Origin: an uncultured Actinomycetota bacterium
GTDB lineage: Bacteria; Actinomycetota; Actinomycetes; Actinomycetales; Microbacteriaceae
Assembly (NCBI GenBank): GCA_963713945.1
Contig: OY970215.1
Span: 273,916 to 337,915, forward strand
Reading direction: 5' to 3'
Length of the DNA stretch: 64,000 nt
The notes beneath the pieces were generated by a model that was given only the letters and a program-made list of their open reading frames with translations, was not told the DNA's origin and made no database searches. Positions 9,332 to 19,436 of this stretch are shown here, in pieces; position 1 is the stretch's first letter; each line of letters opens with the position of its first letter. The position numbers and the translations under genes are program-made.

Positions 9332-10177
9332 TCAGGAACCGGCCGCGAGTTCCTTCGCGCGTGCGAGCGCGGCATCCGTCGCTTCACCGAACGTGCGGGC
9401 GAGATCAGCCTGCTGCAGTACGGCGACAGCGCGCTCGGTTGTTCCCTTGGGGCTCGTCACCTGAATGCGTAACTGCTCGGGCGTCTTGTCTGACTGTGCG
9501 AGCAGCTCCGCCGCCCCCCTGAACGTTCCGTTCACGAGTACCGCTGCCTGCTCCGGGGTGAAGCCCTTCGAGATGGCCGTCTTCGTCAGCTCCTCGATCA
9601 GAAGAAACACGTACGCAGGGCCGGAGCCCGAGATCGTGCTGAGGGCGTCGATCTGGCTCTCGGCCACCTCGACGACGGTTCCTACGGTCTCGAACACGGC
9701 GCGTCCGAGCGCGAGGTCGGATTCGCTTGAGCGGGTGCCAGCCGATAGCCCAGTGACTCCGCGGCCGACGACGGACGGTGTGTTCGGCATCGAACGCAGC
9801 ACCGGGATGCCTGCGGGAAGCAGGGACTCGAATGTGGCAACCGGAACGCCGACCGCGACGCTGATCACGAGTGTTCCCGGATCGAGTGCGTCGGCGATCT
9901 CGCGCAGGAGGTCGGGCACCATGACGGGCTTCACCGCCACCAGAACCACACCAGCGCCGGCGACCGCCCTGCGGTTGGCCTCCGGGTCATCCTCGACGGC
10001 CAGCGACGTCACACCGGGAAGCTTCGCGAGATCATCGGCCTTCGCGCGGGTCCGGTTGGTGACGCGGATGCCGCCCGTCACCGTCACCCCGGGTTGGAGC
10101 AGGCCGGACAGGATCGCCGACCCCATCGAACCGCTGCCGAGAATCGCAATGCTGGGGATCGTCACGTCGTCGCTCAC
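9332..10177 (-). CDS. proC: Pyrroline-5-carboxylate reductase
   Basis: Rossmann motif IAILGSGSMGSAIL and C-terminal P5CR motif VTSPKGTTERAV. GTG 10177 was chosen as start; the track ORF extends to 10240. Confidence 0.85.
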   Translation of the reverse strand: MSDDVTIPSIAILGSGSMGSAILSGLLQPGVTVTGGIRVTNRTRAKADDLAKLPGVTSLAVEDDPEANRRAVAGAGVVLVAVKPVMVPDLLREIADALDPGTLVISVAVGVPVATFESLLPAGIPVLRSMPNTPSVVGRGVTGLSAGTRSSESDLALGRAVFETVGTVVEVAESQIDALSTISGSGPAYVFLLIEELTKTAISKGFTPEQAAVLVNGTFRGAAELLAQSDKTPEQLRIQVTSPKGTTERAVAVLQQADLARTFGEATDAALARAKELAAGS

Positions 10178-10236
10178 CCTGCCAGTGTAGGCGTCAGCTG
10201 ATCGCTGCTGCCCGGGTGGTGCGCGTCGATCCCCGC

Positions 10237-12675
10237 TCACGCGGTGACGAGGTCATTGACCGAGCACACCACCGGAAACCCGGTGTGAACGTCGCGGATG
10301 TCGCCGGTGATGGCAAAGACGGCGGTCGCTCCGGCCGGGAGGGTGACCAGTCCGATGTCGACGGATGCTGCGGCATCCAGACGGTCGGCCTGGATCACGA
10401 TGTCCTTGACGAGCGATGACGCGGCGACCACCATGCGGATGCCGCCGGGCATCGCCTCGGTTGTGACACTGAGCGCCTCCGCCGTGGGCAGCAGTGCCAG
10501 CTGTGGATCCTCCACGAAGTACCAGAATGCCGGGTTCGCGTCCGCTGCGGTCGCCGAGACGAACTCGCCCGCGGCATCCGTCGCGGTGATCACGGACTCA
10601 TCGAGATCGACCGAGAGGATGCCGCGCCCGGCGATGTCGAGATCGATCGACTCACGGGCGATCACGGTGCCGTCGATCGCCTGTCGCACAACGTCCGCCG
10701 TTGCGTGCCAGGGCTCATCCGAGTCGTTGTGCGCGATGAGGGTCGGCCTGCCGTTGCGCGGCTGGATGGTGAGCAACCGGTCGGCGAAGGCGTGTTTGAG
10801 CGCATGCCAGAGCGGCTTGCGGTGACCGGCGTAGTCGACGGCTGCCCAGGAGATGACGGGCCAGTCGTCGTTGAGCTGCCAGACGATCGAACCGGCGTTC
10901 AGCGGGCTGAGTGACCGGAAGTGCTCGATGCCGAAGCGGATCGCCCTGGCCTGGTTGAGCTGGGTTGCCCAGTGCCACTCCTCGATCGATCGGGGCTGAG
11001 GCAGGTGCTCGCCCAGTCCGCGTTCGAGTTTGAGATTGCCGTCTGCGGCTTTCTGATGCACGAGCATCTGATCGCCGTGCGGCTCAAGTGGCTGGTCGTG
11101 GACGGATGCCGTGAGGGTCGACCAGGCGGGTGGGCCCTGGAATCCGAACTCACTCGCGAACCGCGGCGCATACTCGCCGTAGACGGAGTAGTCCTTCACA
11201 TTCCACACGTCCCAGATGTGGGTGGTGCCATGCTTGGGATCGTTCGGGTGGGCATACCGGGTGAAGGAGAAGGGGCTACCGGGAGAGTACGGGGTCCGCG
11301 GGTCGAGTTCGGCGACGAGCGACGGGAGCAGATCGAAGTAGTAGCCCTCGCCCCAGGTCTTGTCGCCGAGCTGGCGACGCCAGTCCCAGTCGAGATAGCC
11401 CCAGATGTTCTCGTTGCAGCCGTTCCACAGGGCCAGGCTCGGGTGGGTGGAGAGACGCGTGATCGCCTGTCTTGCCTCCGCGTCTACTTCGCTGCGCAGC
11501 GGGTCTTCCTCGGAGTAGGCGGCGCAGGCGAAGGGAAAGTCCTGCCAGACCAGCACCCCGGCTTCATCGCAGGCATCGTAGAAGTCGTCGGATTCGTAGA
11601 GCCCGCCGCCCCAGACCCGGAGCAGGTTCATGTTCGCGTCGACGGCGTCCCTGACCCGCGACCGGTATCGCTCCCGGGTGACCCGGGTGACGAATGCATC
11701 GTCCGGGATCCAGTTGGCGCCGCGAACGCCGATGATCCGGCCGTTGACCGTGAGGTGGAACGGCGATCCGTTCTCGTCCGGTGCGATATCGAGCACGACT
11801 GCCCTGAAGCCCACCCGGCCCGACCAGGAGGCGTCGCCGACAGCGACCTCGACGTCGTAGAGTGGCTGGTCGCCATACCCGCGCGGCCACCAGAGGGCAA
11901 TCTGTCCCGGGGCGACCCGCACGACGACCTCCGTCTGTCCGGCGGCGGCGGTCACGGCTTCGGTGCGCCCGTTGATGCTGACTTTGACGTCTGTGCCCCG
12001 GCCGTTGTCCGCCCACTCGAGCTCGACGTGGGCGGTGAGCGTGCCGGTGGTGCCGTCGACCTCGGCGAGCGGACGCACCGACGCGATGCGTACTCCCGAC
12101 CAGGACTCGATCCCGATGGATTTCACGATGCCGGAGCTCGACACATCGATGCCCCAGTCCCAGCCGAAGTTCGAGGCGACCTTGCGGATGGCGTTGAACG
12201 GGTGGTGCATCACCGTCGGGCGTTCTCCGAGGAGAGTCTCCTGCTCGCGGGCGAACTCGATCGGTGAGCGGAAGTCGACGACGAGTTCGTTCACGCCCTC
12301 GCGCAGCAGCCCGGCGAGGTCGAACCGATATCCCCGGTGCTGGTTCTGCGTTCGACCGACGTCGATGCCGTTGAGCGTGATCGTCGCCGCGGTGTCGAGG
12401 CCGTCGGCGACGAGGTCATGCCGGTCATGGTCGCTCGGCGTCCAGGAAAAGGTGGTGCTGTACCGCCAGTCGCAGTAGCCGATCCACGCCTGGACTGTCT
12501 CGTTGGAGCCGTCGAACGGGTCACCGATCAGGCCGTCGGCGAGCAGGTCGAGCTGCACTTCGCCCGGAACGGACGCCGGAATGTCGCGACCGGCGATGTC
12601 GGCGTCGATCGGGCCGGCCGTCGCCCGGAGAACCCAGGCCGTGCCGTCTGCGGTGTTGAGGGATGTGATGCTCAC
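10237..12675 (-). CDS. GH2 beta-mannosidase
   Basis: 812 aa with GH2 layout. WNGCNEN is the acid/base region and FASEFGFQG the nucleophile region. The N-terminus (PASVPGEVQLDLLADGLIGDPF) is typical of beta-mannosidases. Confidence 0.8.
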   Translation of the reverse strand: MSITSLNTADGTAWVLRATAGPIDADIAGRDIPASVPGEVQLDLLADGLIGDPFDGSNETVQAWIGYCDWRYSTTFSWTPSDHDRHDLVADGLDTAATITLNGIDVGRTQNQHRGYRFDLAGLLREGVNELVVDFRSPIEFAREQETLLGERPTVMHHPFNAIRKVASNFGWDWGIDVSSSGIVKSIGIESWSGVRIASVRPLAEVDGTTGTLTAHVELEWADNGRGTDVKVSINGRTEAVTAAAGQTEVVVRVAPGQIALWWPRGYGDQPLYDVEVAVGDASWSGRVGFRAVVLDIAPDENGSPFHLTVNGRIIGVRGANWIPDDAFVTRVTRERYRSRVRDAVDANMNLLRVWGGGLYESDDFYDACDEAGVLVWQDFPFACAAYSEEDPLRSEVDAEARQAITRLSTHPSLALWNGCNENIWGYLDWDWRRQLGDKTWGEGYYFDLLPSLVAELDPRTPYSPGSPFSFTRYAHPNDPKHGTTHIWDVWNVKDYSVYGEYAPRFASEFGFQGPPAWSTLTASVHDQPLEPHGDQMLVHQKAADGNLKLERGLGEHLPQPRSIEEWHWATQLNQARAIRFGIEHFRSLSPLNAGSIVWQLNDDWPVISWAAVDYAGHRKPLWHALKHAFADRLLTIQPRNGRPTLIAHNDSDEPWHATADVVRQAIDGTVIARESIDLDIAGRGILSVDLDESVITATDAAGEFVSATAADANPAFWYFVEDPQLALLPTAEALSVTTEAMPGGIRMVVAASSLVKDIVIQADRLDAAASVDIGLVTLPAGATAVFAITGDIRDVHTGFPVVCSVNDLVTA

Positions 12676-12829
12676 GCGGAGGAACCTTCGTTTGGAGGGG
12701 GCAGGTGGCTACGGGCAGCCTGGTGTAGTCAACCATGTTCACCCCGCCCCTGACAGGGCGACATCCATTGATCCCGAGCACCGCTAGTCTCGTAGATCAG
12801 TCAAGAAACTGGCGCAAAACACACGAAGG

Positions 12830-13597
12830 ATGACGGAGTCAATGCCTGTATTTTCGAACCCCTCCCTCCAGCTTTACACCCTGAGAAACGCCCTCGAGAT
12901 CGACTTTGCCGGAACGATGCAGCGCGTCGCCGAGATCGGCTACCGCCGTGTGGAGCCGTTCAATTTCGTTGATAGCGCGGACCAGCTCGCGGCGGCATTC
13001 GCGGAAACCGGGCTCACCGCTCCCTCTACCCACATTGGACTTCTCAACGCCGACGACCAGCGACCGGTCTTCGAGACCGCCGCGCGGCTGGGCATCACCT
13101 ACGTCATCGACCCGTTCGTCGACCCGTCCCACTGGACCACGTCCGACGGCATCGAGTCCACCGCTGACAAGCTCAACGCGGCCGCCCGGCTCGCCGCCGA
13201 CTTCGGAATCACCGTCGGCTACCACAACCACCATTTCGAGCTCGAGAACCGCATCGACGGGCGCCCTGCCCTCGAACTGCTCGTCGACCGGCTCGATCCG
13301 GCCGTCGTTCTCGAAGTGGACACGTATTGGGCCCAGGCGGGTGGAGTCGACCCGGTCGAGCTGCTCAAGCGCCTCGGCCACCGCGTGGCCGCCATCCATA
13401 TCAAGGACGGTGACGGCAGCCTCGACACGAAAAAGCAGGTCGCCGTCGGCTCCGGCAGCCTGCCGATCTGGTCGATCATCGACGCGGTGCCCGACCTCCA
13501 GATCGGCGTGGTCGAACTCGACGACTTCGACGGCGATGTCTTCGACGCCGTCGCGGACAGCTACACCTACCTCACCTCCGGAAAGGCCACCTCATGA
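12830..13597 (+). CDS. Sugar phosphate isomerase/epimerase (xylose-isomerase-like TIM barrel)
   Basis: 255-aa track ORF with TIM-barrel family character (VGYHNHHFELEN, AAIHIKD). Its stop overlaps the next start (13594-13597). Confidence 0.75.
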   Translation: MTESMPVFSNPSLQLYTLRNALEIDFAGTMQRVAEIGYRRVEPFNFVDSADQLAAAFAETGLTAPSTHIGLLNADDQRPVFETAARLGITYVIDPFVDPSHWTTSDGIESTADKLNAAARLAADFGITVGYHNHHFELENRIDGRPALELLVDRLDPAVVLEVDTYWAQAGGVDPVELLKRLGHRVAAIHIKDGDGSLDTKKQVAVGSGSLPIWSIIDAVPDLQIGVVELDDFDGDVFDAVADSYTYLTSGKATS

Positions 13598-14700
13598 CCG
13601 GCACAGGTCCCGTCGGCATCGGTGTCATCGGCACGGGAGTCATCAGCGAAACCTACCTGGAGAATCTGACGTCGTTCCCGGATGTCGTCGTTCACGCGGT
13701 CGGCGACCTCTTTGAGGACTCAGCGGCCAAACGCGCCGCTCAATTCGGCATCGAAACGAGTGGCGGGGTCGACGCCGTGCTCTCGCACCCGGACGTCGAG
13801 ATCGTAGTGAACCTCACAATCCCGACCGCCCACGTGCCGATCGCGCTGGATGCCGTCGCCGCGGGCAAGCACGTCGTCAGCGAGAAGCCGTTTTCCCTCG
13901 ACCGGGAGAGCGGCCACCGTCTTCTCGCCGCGGCGGATGCCGCCGGTGTCCGTGTGGGCTGCGCCCCTGACACCTTCCTCGGCGCCGGACTGCAGGCCGC
14001 TTTTCGTGCCATCCACGACGGCCAGATCGGCACACCGCTGTCGGCCCTCACACTGATGCAGTCCCCCGGACCTGAAGCCTGGCATCCGAACCCCGCGTTC
14101 CTCTTCCAGGAGGGAGCCGGCCCGCTGTTCGACATCGGCCCGTACTACCTGACGGCGCTCGTCCAGGCGTTCGGATCGATCGCACGTGTCGCCGCCTCCG
14201 GATCCACCGCCCACCCGCGCCGGACCATCGGCTCAGGACCAAAGGCGGGCGAAGAATTCGACGTGACCGTGCCGTCCCACGTCGGAGCGCTTCTGCAATT
14301 CGCGGCGGGCGGCTCTGGGCAGAGCATCTGGAGTTTCGACTCCGCCCTGTCGCGCAACGGGTTCATCGAGATCTCAGGGACAGAGGGCACGCTGGTCCTC
14401 CCCGACCCGAACAACTTCGATGGAGAACTCGTCATCCACCGGCGCGGAGCCGAGGGCCCGGAGGTCCTGGCCTCCACGGTCGCGACCTCTACCCGCGGCA
14501 CCGGGGTGCTCGAACTCGCCCGGGCGATCCGTGAGGACCGCCCCCACCGGGCCACGGGAGAACTCGCGTTCCACGTCGTCGATGCCATGGTCGCGATCGC
14601 CGAGTCGGCAGATTCCGGCGAATTCGTCACCGTCGCCAGCACCGCCCCCTCCGTCCTGCCGCTCCCGGAGGATTGGGATCCGCGGGCCGCTACCCTGTGA
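13594..14700 (+). CDS. Gfo/Idh/MocA family oxidoreductase
   Basis: 368 aa with N-terminal Rossmann motif VGIGVIGTGVISETYLENL and EKP motif (VVSEKPFS). Confidence 0.85.
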   Translation: MTGTGPVGIGVIGTGVISETYLENLTSFPDVVVHAVGDLFEDSAAKRAAQFGIETSGGVDAVLSHPDVEIVVNLTIPTAHVPIALDAVAAGKHVVSEKPFSLDRESGHRLLAAADAAGVRVGCAPDTFLGAGLQAAFRAIHDGQIGTPLSALTLMQSPGPEAWHPNPAFLFQEGAGPLFDIGPYYLTALVQAFGSIARVAASGSTAHPRRTIGSGPKAGEEFDVTVPSHVGALLQFAAGGSGQSIWSFDSALSRNGFIEISGTEGTLVLPDPNNFDGELVIHRRGAEGPEVLASTVATSTRGTGVLELARAIREDRPHRATGELAFHVVDAMVAIAESADSGEFVTVASTAPSVLPLPEDWDPRAATL

Positions 14701-14714
14701 TCCGCGGAGCACCC

Positions 14715-15665
14715 ATGACCTCCTCTCCGCTTCGCCTGTCGATCGACGGCGGCCAGACCGGCGCCCGCCTGCGCCTCACCCATTCCGGCAGCGTCGTTGC
14801 TGAAACCGAGGGGCACGGCATCCTCACCGATCGCCCTGTCGTCGACCAGATCGCTGACCTGGCCATCGACCTGGCGGCCAGCACCGGGCACCGCATCGGC
14901 GAACTCGCCGTTGGAACGTCCGGGCTCACCCCAGCTGCGGCCAACCCCGAAGCACTGCTCGCTGCGACACAGGGGATCGGCGTGCAGCGGGTCGCGCTCG
15001 CGCACGATTCGATCACCGGGTATCTCGCGGCGAACGGCACAGCCCCCGGCGTCATGCTCGCCGTGGGCACTGGCGTCGTTGTTCTTGCGCTGTCCGAGTC
15101 GACGGTGGCCAAGGTCGACGGCTGGGGTTCCCTGCTCGGCGACGCGGGCAGCGGATACTGGGTCGGACGTGCCGGACTGGACGCCGCGCTCCGTGCCTTC
15201 GACGGCCGCGGGCCCCACACCAGCCTGGAGGCGACGGCCATCGACCGGTTTGGGCCGCTCGATGAGGTGTACATGGTGGTGCAGGCCGACCCCAAGCGGG
15301 TCTCCCTCATCGCCTCCTTCAGCCGGGCCGTCGTTGCCGCCGCGACCGCGGGCGACGAGACCGCTCGCGCGATCGTTGTCGCCGCGGCGGACGAACTCGC
15401 GCATTCTGCGGCCAGCGCGCTGCGGCGCGTGGGCTGGCAGTCCGGTCAACCGGCACGGGTCGGAGCGGTCGGAGCGATGGCGGCAGCGCCCGCCGTGCGC
15501 GAAGCCCTCGCCGCGGCCCTGGCCGCCCAGGCACCGGGAACCTCCCTCGAAGAGCCACTCGGTCGCCCCCTCGATGGCGTCGGCGCGCTCCTCGATGTCG
15601 CAGACAACCATCCGCTTCAATCGTTCATTCACCGTGCCGGGTTCTTGCCACGAGCCGAGCAATAA
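14715..15665 (+). CDS. BadF/BadG/BcrA/BcrD-type ATPase (N-acetylglucosamine-kinase-like)
   Basis: ATG 14715. Motifs LSIDGGQTG and DGWGSLLGDAGSGYWVGRAGL are characteristic of GlcNAc-kinase-like ASKHA proteins. Confidence 0.75.
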   Translation: MTSSPLRLSIDGGQTGARLRLTHSGSVVAETEGHGILTDRPVVDQIADLAIDLAASTGHRIGELAVGTSGLTPAAANPEALLAATQGIGVQRVALAHDSITGYLAANGTAPGVMLAVGTGVVVLALSESTVAKVDGWGSLLGDAGSGYWVGRAGLDAALRAFDGRGPHTSLEATAIDRFGPLDEVYMVVQADPKRVSLIASFSRAVVAAATAGDETARAIVVAAADELAHSAASALRRVGWQSGQPARVGAVGAMAAAPAVREALAAALAAQAPGTSLEEPLGRPLDGVGALLDVADNHPLQSFIHRAGFLPRAEQ

Positions 15666-15695
15666 CTACACTTCGTACAGACCAAAGGGAGAAGC

Positions 15696-16658
15696 ATGAG
15701 CGCATCGGGCGGCACCAAGGCAATAATGGCGGCGTTCCTGGCCAACTCAGGGATCGCGGTCACCAAGTTCATTGCGTTCCTGTTCTCCGGATCATCGTCG
15801 ATGCTCGCGGAAAGCGTCCACTCGGTCGCCGACGCCGGCAACCAGTTGCTGCTGATTTGGGGCGGACGCCAGGCGAAGCGCGCAGCCGACAAGGAACACC
15901 CGTTCGGCTACGGTCGCGAACGCTACGTGTATGCCTTCGTCGTGGCCATCATCCTGTTCTCCGTCGGTGGCATGTTCTCGATCTATGAAGGTGTCCTCAA
16001 GTTGCAGGACCCGCACCCGATCGATGTTCCCTGGCTGCCGCTCGTGGTGCTGGCCATCGCCATCGTGCTTGAATCCTTCTCGCTGCGCACCGCTGTCCGC
16101 GAGTCGAATCACATCCGCGGGTCCCAGACCTGGGTGCAGTTCATCCGGCGGGCAAAAGCCCCTGAGCTTCCCGTCGTCCTGCTCGAGGATGTCGCCGCGC
16201 TCCTCGGCCTTACGTTCGCGTTCGTCGGCGTTTCCCTCAGCGTGATCACCGGTGACGGAATCTGGGATGCCATCGGAACCCTGTTCATCGGTGTGCTCCT
16301 CATCGTCGTCGCCATCGTGCTCGGCATCGAGACGAAGAGCCTCCTCGTCGGAGAAGGCGCGACGGACCGCGACACCAAGGCCATCGTGGCGGTCATCGAG
16401 CGTGATGACGACGTGGAGAAGCTCATCCACATGAAGACGCTCTACCTCGGCCCCGATGAACTCCTCGTCGCTGCCAAGCTCGGCTTCGCCACCGATCTTC
16501 CGCTCGGCCAGGTCGCCACCACGATCAATGACATCGAGGTGCGCATCCGTGAGGCTGTCCCGACGGCGCGCGTGATCTACATCGAGCCCGACGTCTACCG
16601 GGTGCCTGCCGGGCAGGCCCCCGCCACCGACACCATCATCCTCAAGAGCGAGGATTGA
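15696..16658 (+). CDS. Cation diffusion facilitator (CDF) metal efflux transporter
   Basis: 320 aa with six TM segments plus a cytoplasmic domain. The TM2 metal-site motif ESVHSVADAGNQ is present. Confidence 0.85.
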   Translation: MSASGGTKAIMAAFLANSGIAVTKFIAFLFSGSSSMLAESVHSVADAGNQLLLIWGGRQAKRAADKEHPFGYGRERYVYAFVVAIILFSVGGMFSIYEGVLKLQDPHPIDVPWLPLVVLAIAIVLESFSLRTAVRESNHIRGSQTWVQFIRRAKAPELPVVLLEDVAALLGLTFAFVGVSLSVITGDGIWDAIGTLFIGVLLIVVAIVLGIETKSLLVGEGATDRDTKAIVAVIERDDDVEKLIHMKTLYLGPDELLVAAKLGFATDLPLGQVATTINDIEVRIREAVPTARVIYIEPDVYRVPAGQAPATDTIILKSED

Positions 16659-17362
16659 GCACCGCCGCCGCGACCAGAAGCGCCCTCGTCGTTCAGCACT
16701 TCGCCAGCGGCGGGCTGGGGAACCTCGAACCGGTGCTCGCTGAGCGCGGATATTCGGTCATCACGGTCCAGGCTGAGGCAGACACACTCGCTCGGCTCGA
16801 CCCGCACGAACATGACCTGTTGATCGTGCTCGGGTCGACGGACGGCGTGTACGAGAACCTCGAATACATGGCACCGGAGATCGACCTCGTCCGTCGTCGA
16901 CTTGCCGCAGCGCAACCAACGCTCGGAATCTGCTTCGGCGCGCAGGTCATGGCATCCGCCCTGGGAAAACAGGTCTATCGCGGCGACACTGACGAAATCG
17001 GATACCGAGCCATCACCCCGACGGAGGCCGGACGGGAATCGCCGGTCAGGCATTTCGCCGGTGTGCCGGCCGCAGCCTGGCACTCAGACACCTTCGAGCT
17101 CCCCGACGGGGTCACCCTCCTCGCTTCGTCCGCCCAGTACGAGAACCAGGCGTTCGCCGTCGGCTCCCATGCTCTCGCGGTGCAGTTTCACCCGGAACTG
17201 ACCGCCGAGATGCACGAGGCGTGGGTGGCCGAAAGCCAGCCCGAGCTGCAGCGAAACGGACTGACGGATGCAGCGATGCACGCCGAGAGGACGGCACACG
17301 CCCCGGCGGCCCAGGACGCGTCGCGGGCCATGCTCGCCGAGTGGCTCGACGGCCTGGACTGA
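16655..17362 (+). CDS. Class I glutamine amidotransferase (GMP-synthase-like domain)
   Basis: Nucleophile elbow GICFGAQ and QFHPE catalytic His/Glu region. The TTG start overlaps the upstream stop. Confidence 0.75.
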   Translation: MSTAAATRSALVVQHFASGGLGNLEPVLAERGYSVITVQAEADTLARLDPHEHDLLIVLGSTDGVYENLEYMAPEIDLVRRRLAAAQPTLGICFGAQVMASALGKQVYRGDTDEIGYRAITPTEAGRESPVRHFAGVPAAAWHSDTFELPDGVTLLASSAQYENQAFAVGSHALAVQFHPELTAEMHEAWVAESQPELQRNGLTDAAMHAERTAHAPAAQDASRAMLAEWLDGLD

Positions 17363-17452
17363 CGCGCGGAGGCGGTCGACGAGCCGGAGAGATCTGAGCG
17401 CGGCCCCGATCACGGGATCGCGCCCCGTGCTGCCGAGTGGTAAGCATGAGAC

Positions 17453-18031
17453 ATGACGCCCCGCCTGACGATCACCGGAGATCGCGACGCAGACGACCTG
17501 CTGTCGACCGATCCGCTCGCGCTTCTGGTCGGGATGCTCCTCGACCAGCAGGTCCCGATGGAGACGGCGTTCGCCGGCCCGGCGAAGATCCGGGACCGGC
17601 TTGGTTCGTTCGACGCCAGGGCGATCGCCGACACCGACCCTGACGCCTTCGTCGACGTCTGCCGAACACCGCCCGCTGTGCACCGTTATCCGGGCAACAT
17701 GGCAGGCAGGATCCAGACGCTGTGCCGCAGCCTTCTCGAGGACTGGGACGGTGACGCATCCGCCCTGTGGACCCGGGGTGAGCCTGACGGTGCCGAGGTC
17801 TACCGCCGGCTGGCGGCACTGCCCGGTTTCGGTGACCAGAAGGCACGAATCTTCGTCGCACTCCTCGGCAAGCAATACGGCTTCGACGGGTCCGGCTGGC
17901 GTCAGGCAGCTGGCGCATACGGTGAGGACGGCAGCCATCGCTCCGTCGCCGACATCGTCGACGCCGAGTCGCTGGCGAAGGTACGCGAGACCAAACGAGC
18001 GGCCAAAGCGGCCGCGAAGAAGACCTCCTGA
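17453..18031 (+). CDS. HhH-GPD-type base-excision repair family protein
   Basis: 192-aa track ORF. The N-terminus LSTDPLALLVGMLLDQQVPMETAF and GFGDQKARIF motif match the conserved actinobacterial HhH-GPD-like family. Confidence 0.7.
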   Translation: MTPRLTITGDRDADDLLSTDPLALLVGMLLDQQVPMETAFAGPAKIRDRLGSFDARAIADTDPDAFVDVCRTPPAVHRYPGNMAGRIQTLCRSLLEDWDGDASALWTRGEPDGAEVYRRLAALPGFGDQKARIFVALLGKQYGFDGSGWRQAAGAYGEDGSHRSVADIVDAESLAKVRETKRAAKAAAKKTS

Positions 18032-18055
18032 ACACTGAACGAGAGCGAGGACCCC

Positions 18056-18901
18056 ATGGTTGATCGGATGCTGGTCGGAGTTCGGAATGTCGACACGAGC
18101 AGGGCGGCGGTCCAGTGGGCGGCCAGGCGCGCGCACTCCCGCGGGCTGGGACTGCACCTCGTGCACATCGTCGATGCCGGGATGCGCCGCGCCGACAATG
18201 CCGGGCTTCTCGAAGCGACAAGGCTCGACGTCGACGCCATGCTGGCGGCTGCGGCGAACATCGCCCGCGAGGTCGCTCCAGGGGTTGCGGTGACGACCGA
18301 CTCGGCGGAAGGCGACCCCCTGGGTGAGTTGGTGCGCCTGTCACAGGATGCCGACATGGTGGTCGTCGGCAGCGACTCGGCCGGCGACGATTCGTCGGGC
18401 AGTCACGGGAACCGCGGGTTCCGGATCGCTGCGGCCAGCACGACACCGGTCGCCGTGATCCCCACCCTCGATGTGACGCAACGCCACGGGGTCGTCGTCG
18501 GTGTCGACGGGTCACCGCTGTCGGACCACGCTCTCGCCTTCGCCATCGACGAGGCCGATCGCCTGGGTGAAACGCTCGTCGCTGTGAACGCCTGGCCGAA
18601 CCCGGTCGTCTATGGGTACGACCTGGCTTTCCCCGTCGAATACGTCGAAGACCTCACCGAAATCGGCGGCGACACCCTGACACGCTCTCTCGACAAGGTG
18701 ATGGGGGCTCACCCCAACGTGAGCGTGCGCCGCGTGGTTGCCGAGGGCGACCCCACGTCGGTGCTGCTCGACGAGGCGGCGAGCGCTTCGCTCGTGGTCG
18801 TCGGCAGCCACGGCCGTGGAGCCGTCGCACGGTTCCTGCTCGGCTCGGTCAGCCACGGTGTGCTCAACAAGCTTGCGGCGCCGACGGTGATCGTGCGCTG
18901 A
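18056..18901 (+). CDS. Universal stress protein (tandem Usp domains)
   Basis: 281 aa with two Usp halves. The C-terminal ATP-binding motif is VVVGSHGRGAVARFLLGSVSHGVL. Confidence 0.85.
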   Translation: MVDRMLVGVRNVDTSRAAVQWAARRAHSRGLGLHLVHIVDAGMRRADNAGLLEATRLDVDAMLAAAANIAREVAPGVAVTTDSAEGDPLGELVRLSQDADMVVVGSDSAGDDSSGSHGNRGFRIAAASTTPVAVIPTLDVTQRHGVVVGVDGSPLSDHALAFAIDEADRLGETLVAVNAWPNPVVYGYDLAFPVEYVEDLTEIGGDTLTRSLDKVMGAHPNVSVRRVVAEGDPTSVLLDEAASASLVVVGSHGRGAVARFLLGSVSHGVLNKLAAPTVIVR

Positions 18902-18934
18902 CCGGACGCTGCGTGGCTTCGGTCAGGAACCGCG

Positions 18935-19414
<480 letters not shown>

Positions 19415-19436
19415 CTATTCGACCCCTATGGCCGGG

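Noticed and set aside
14145-15662. 505-aa minus-strand ORF. Similar large antisense ORFs occur elsewhere, e.g. 17084..18166, 17472..18515, 29476..30435, 29670..31043, 35333..36232, 51352..52467 and 55368..56165.
   Set aside because: Each is a shadow ORF opposite a gene with clear family motifs. Their translations are Arg/Gly/Pro-rich with no recognisable domains.
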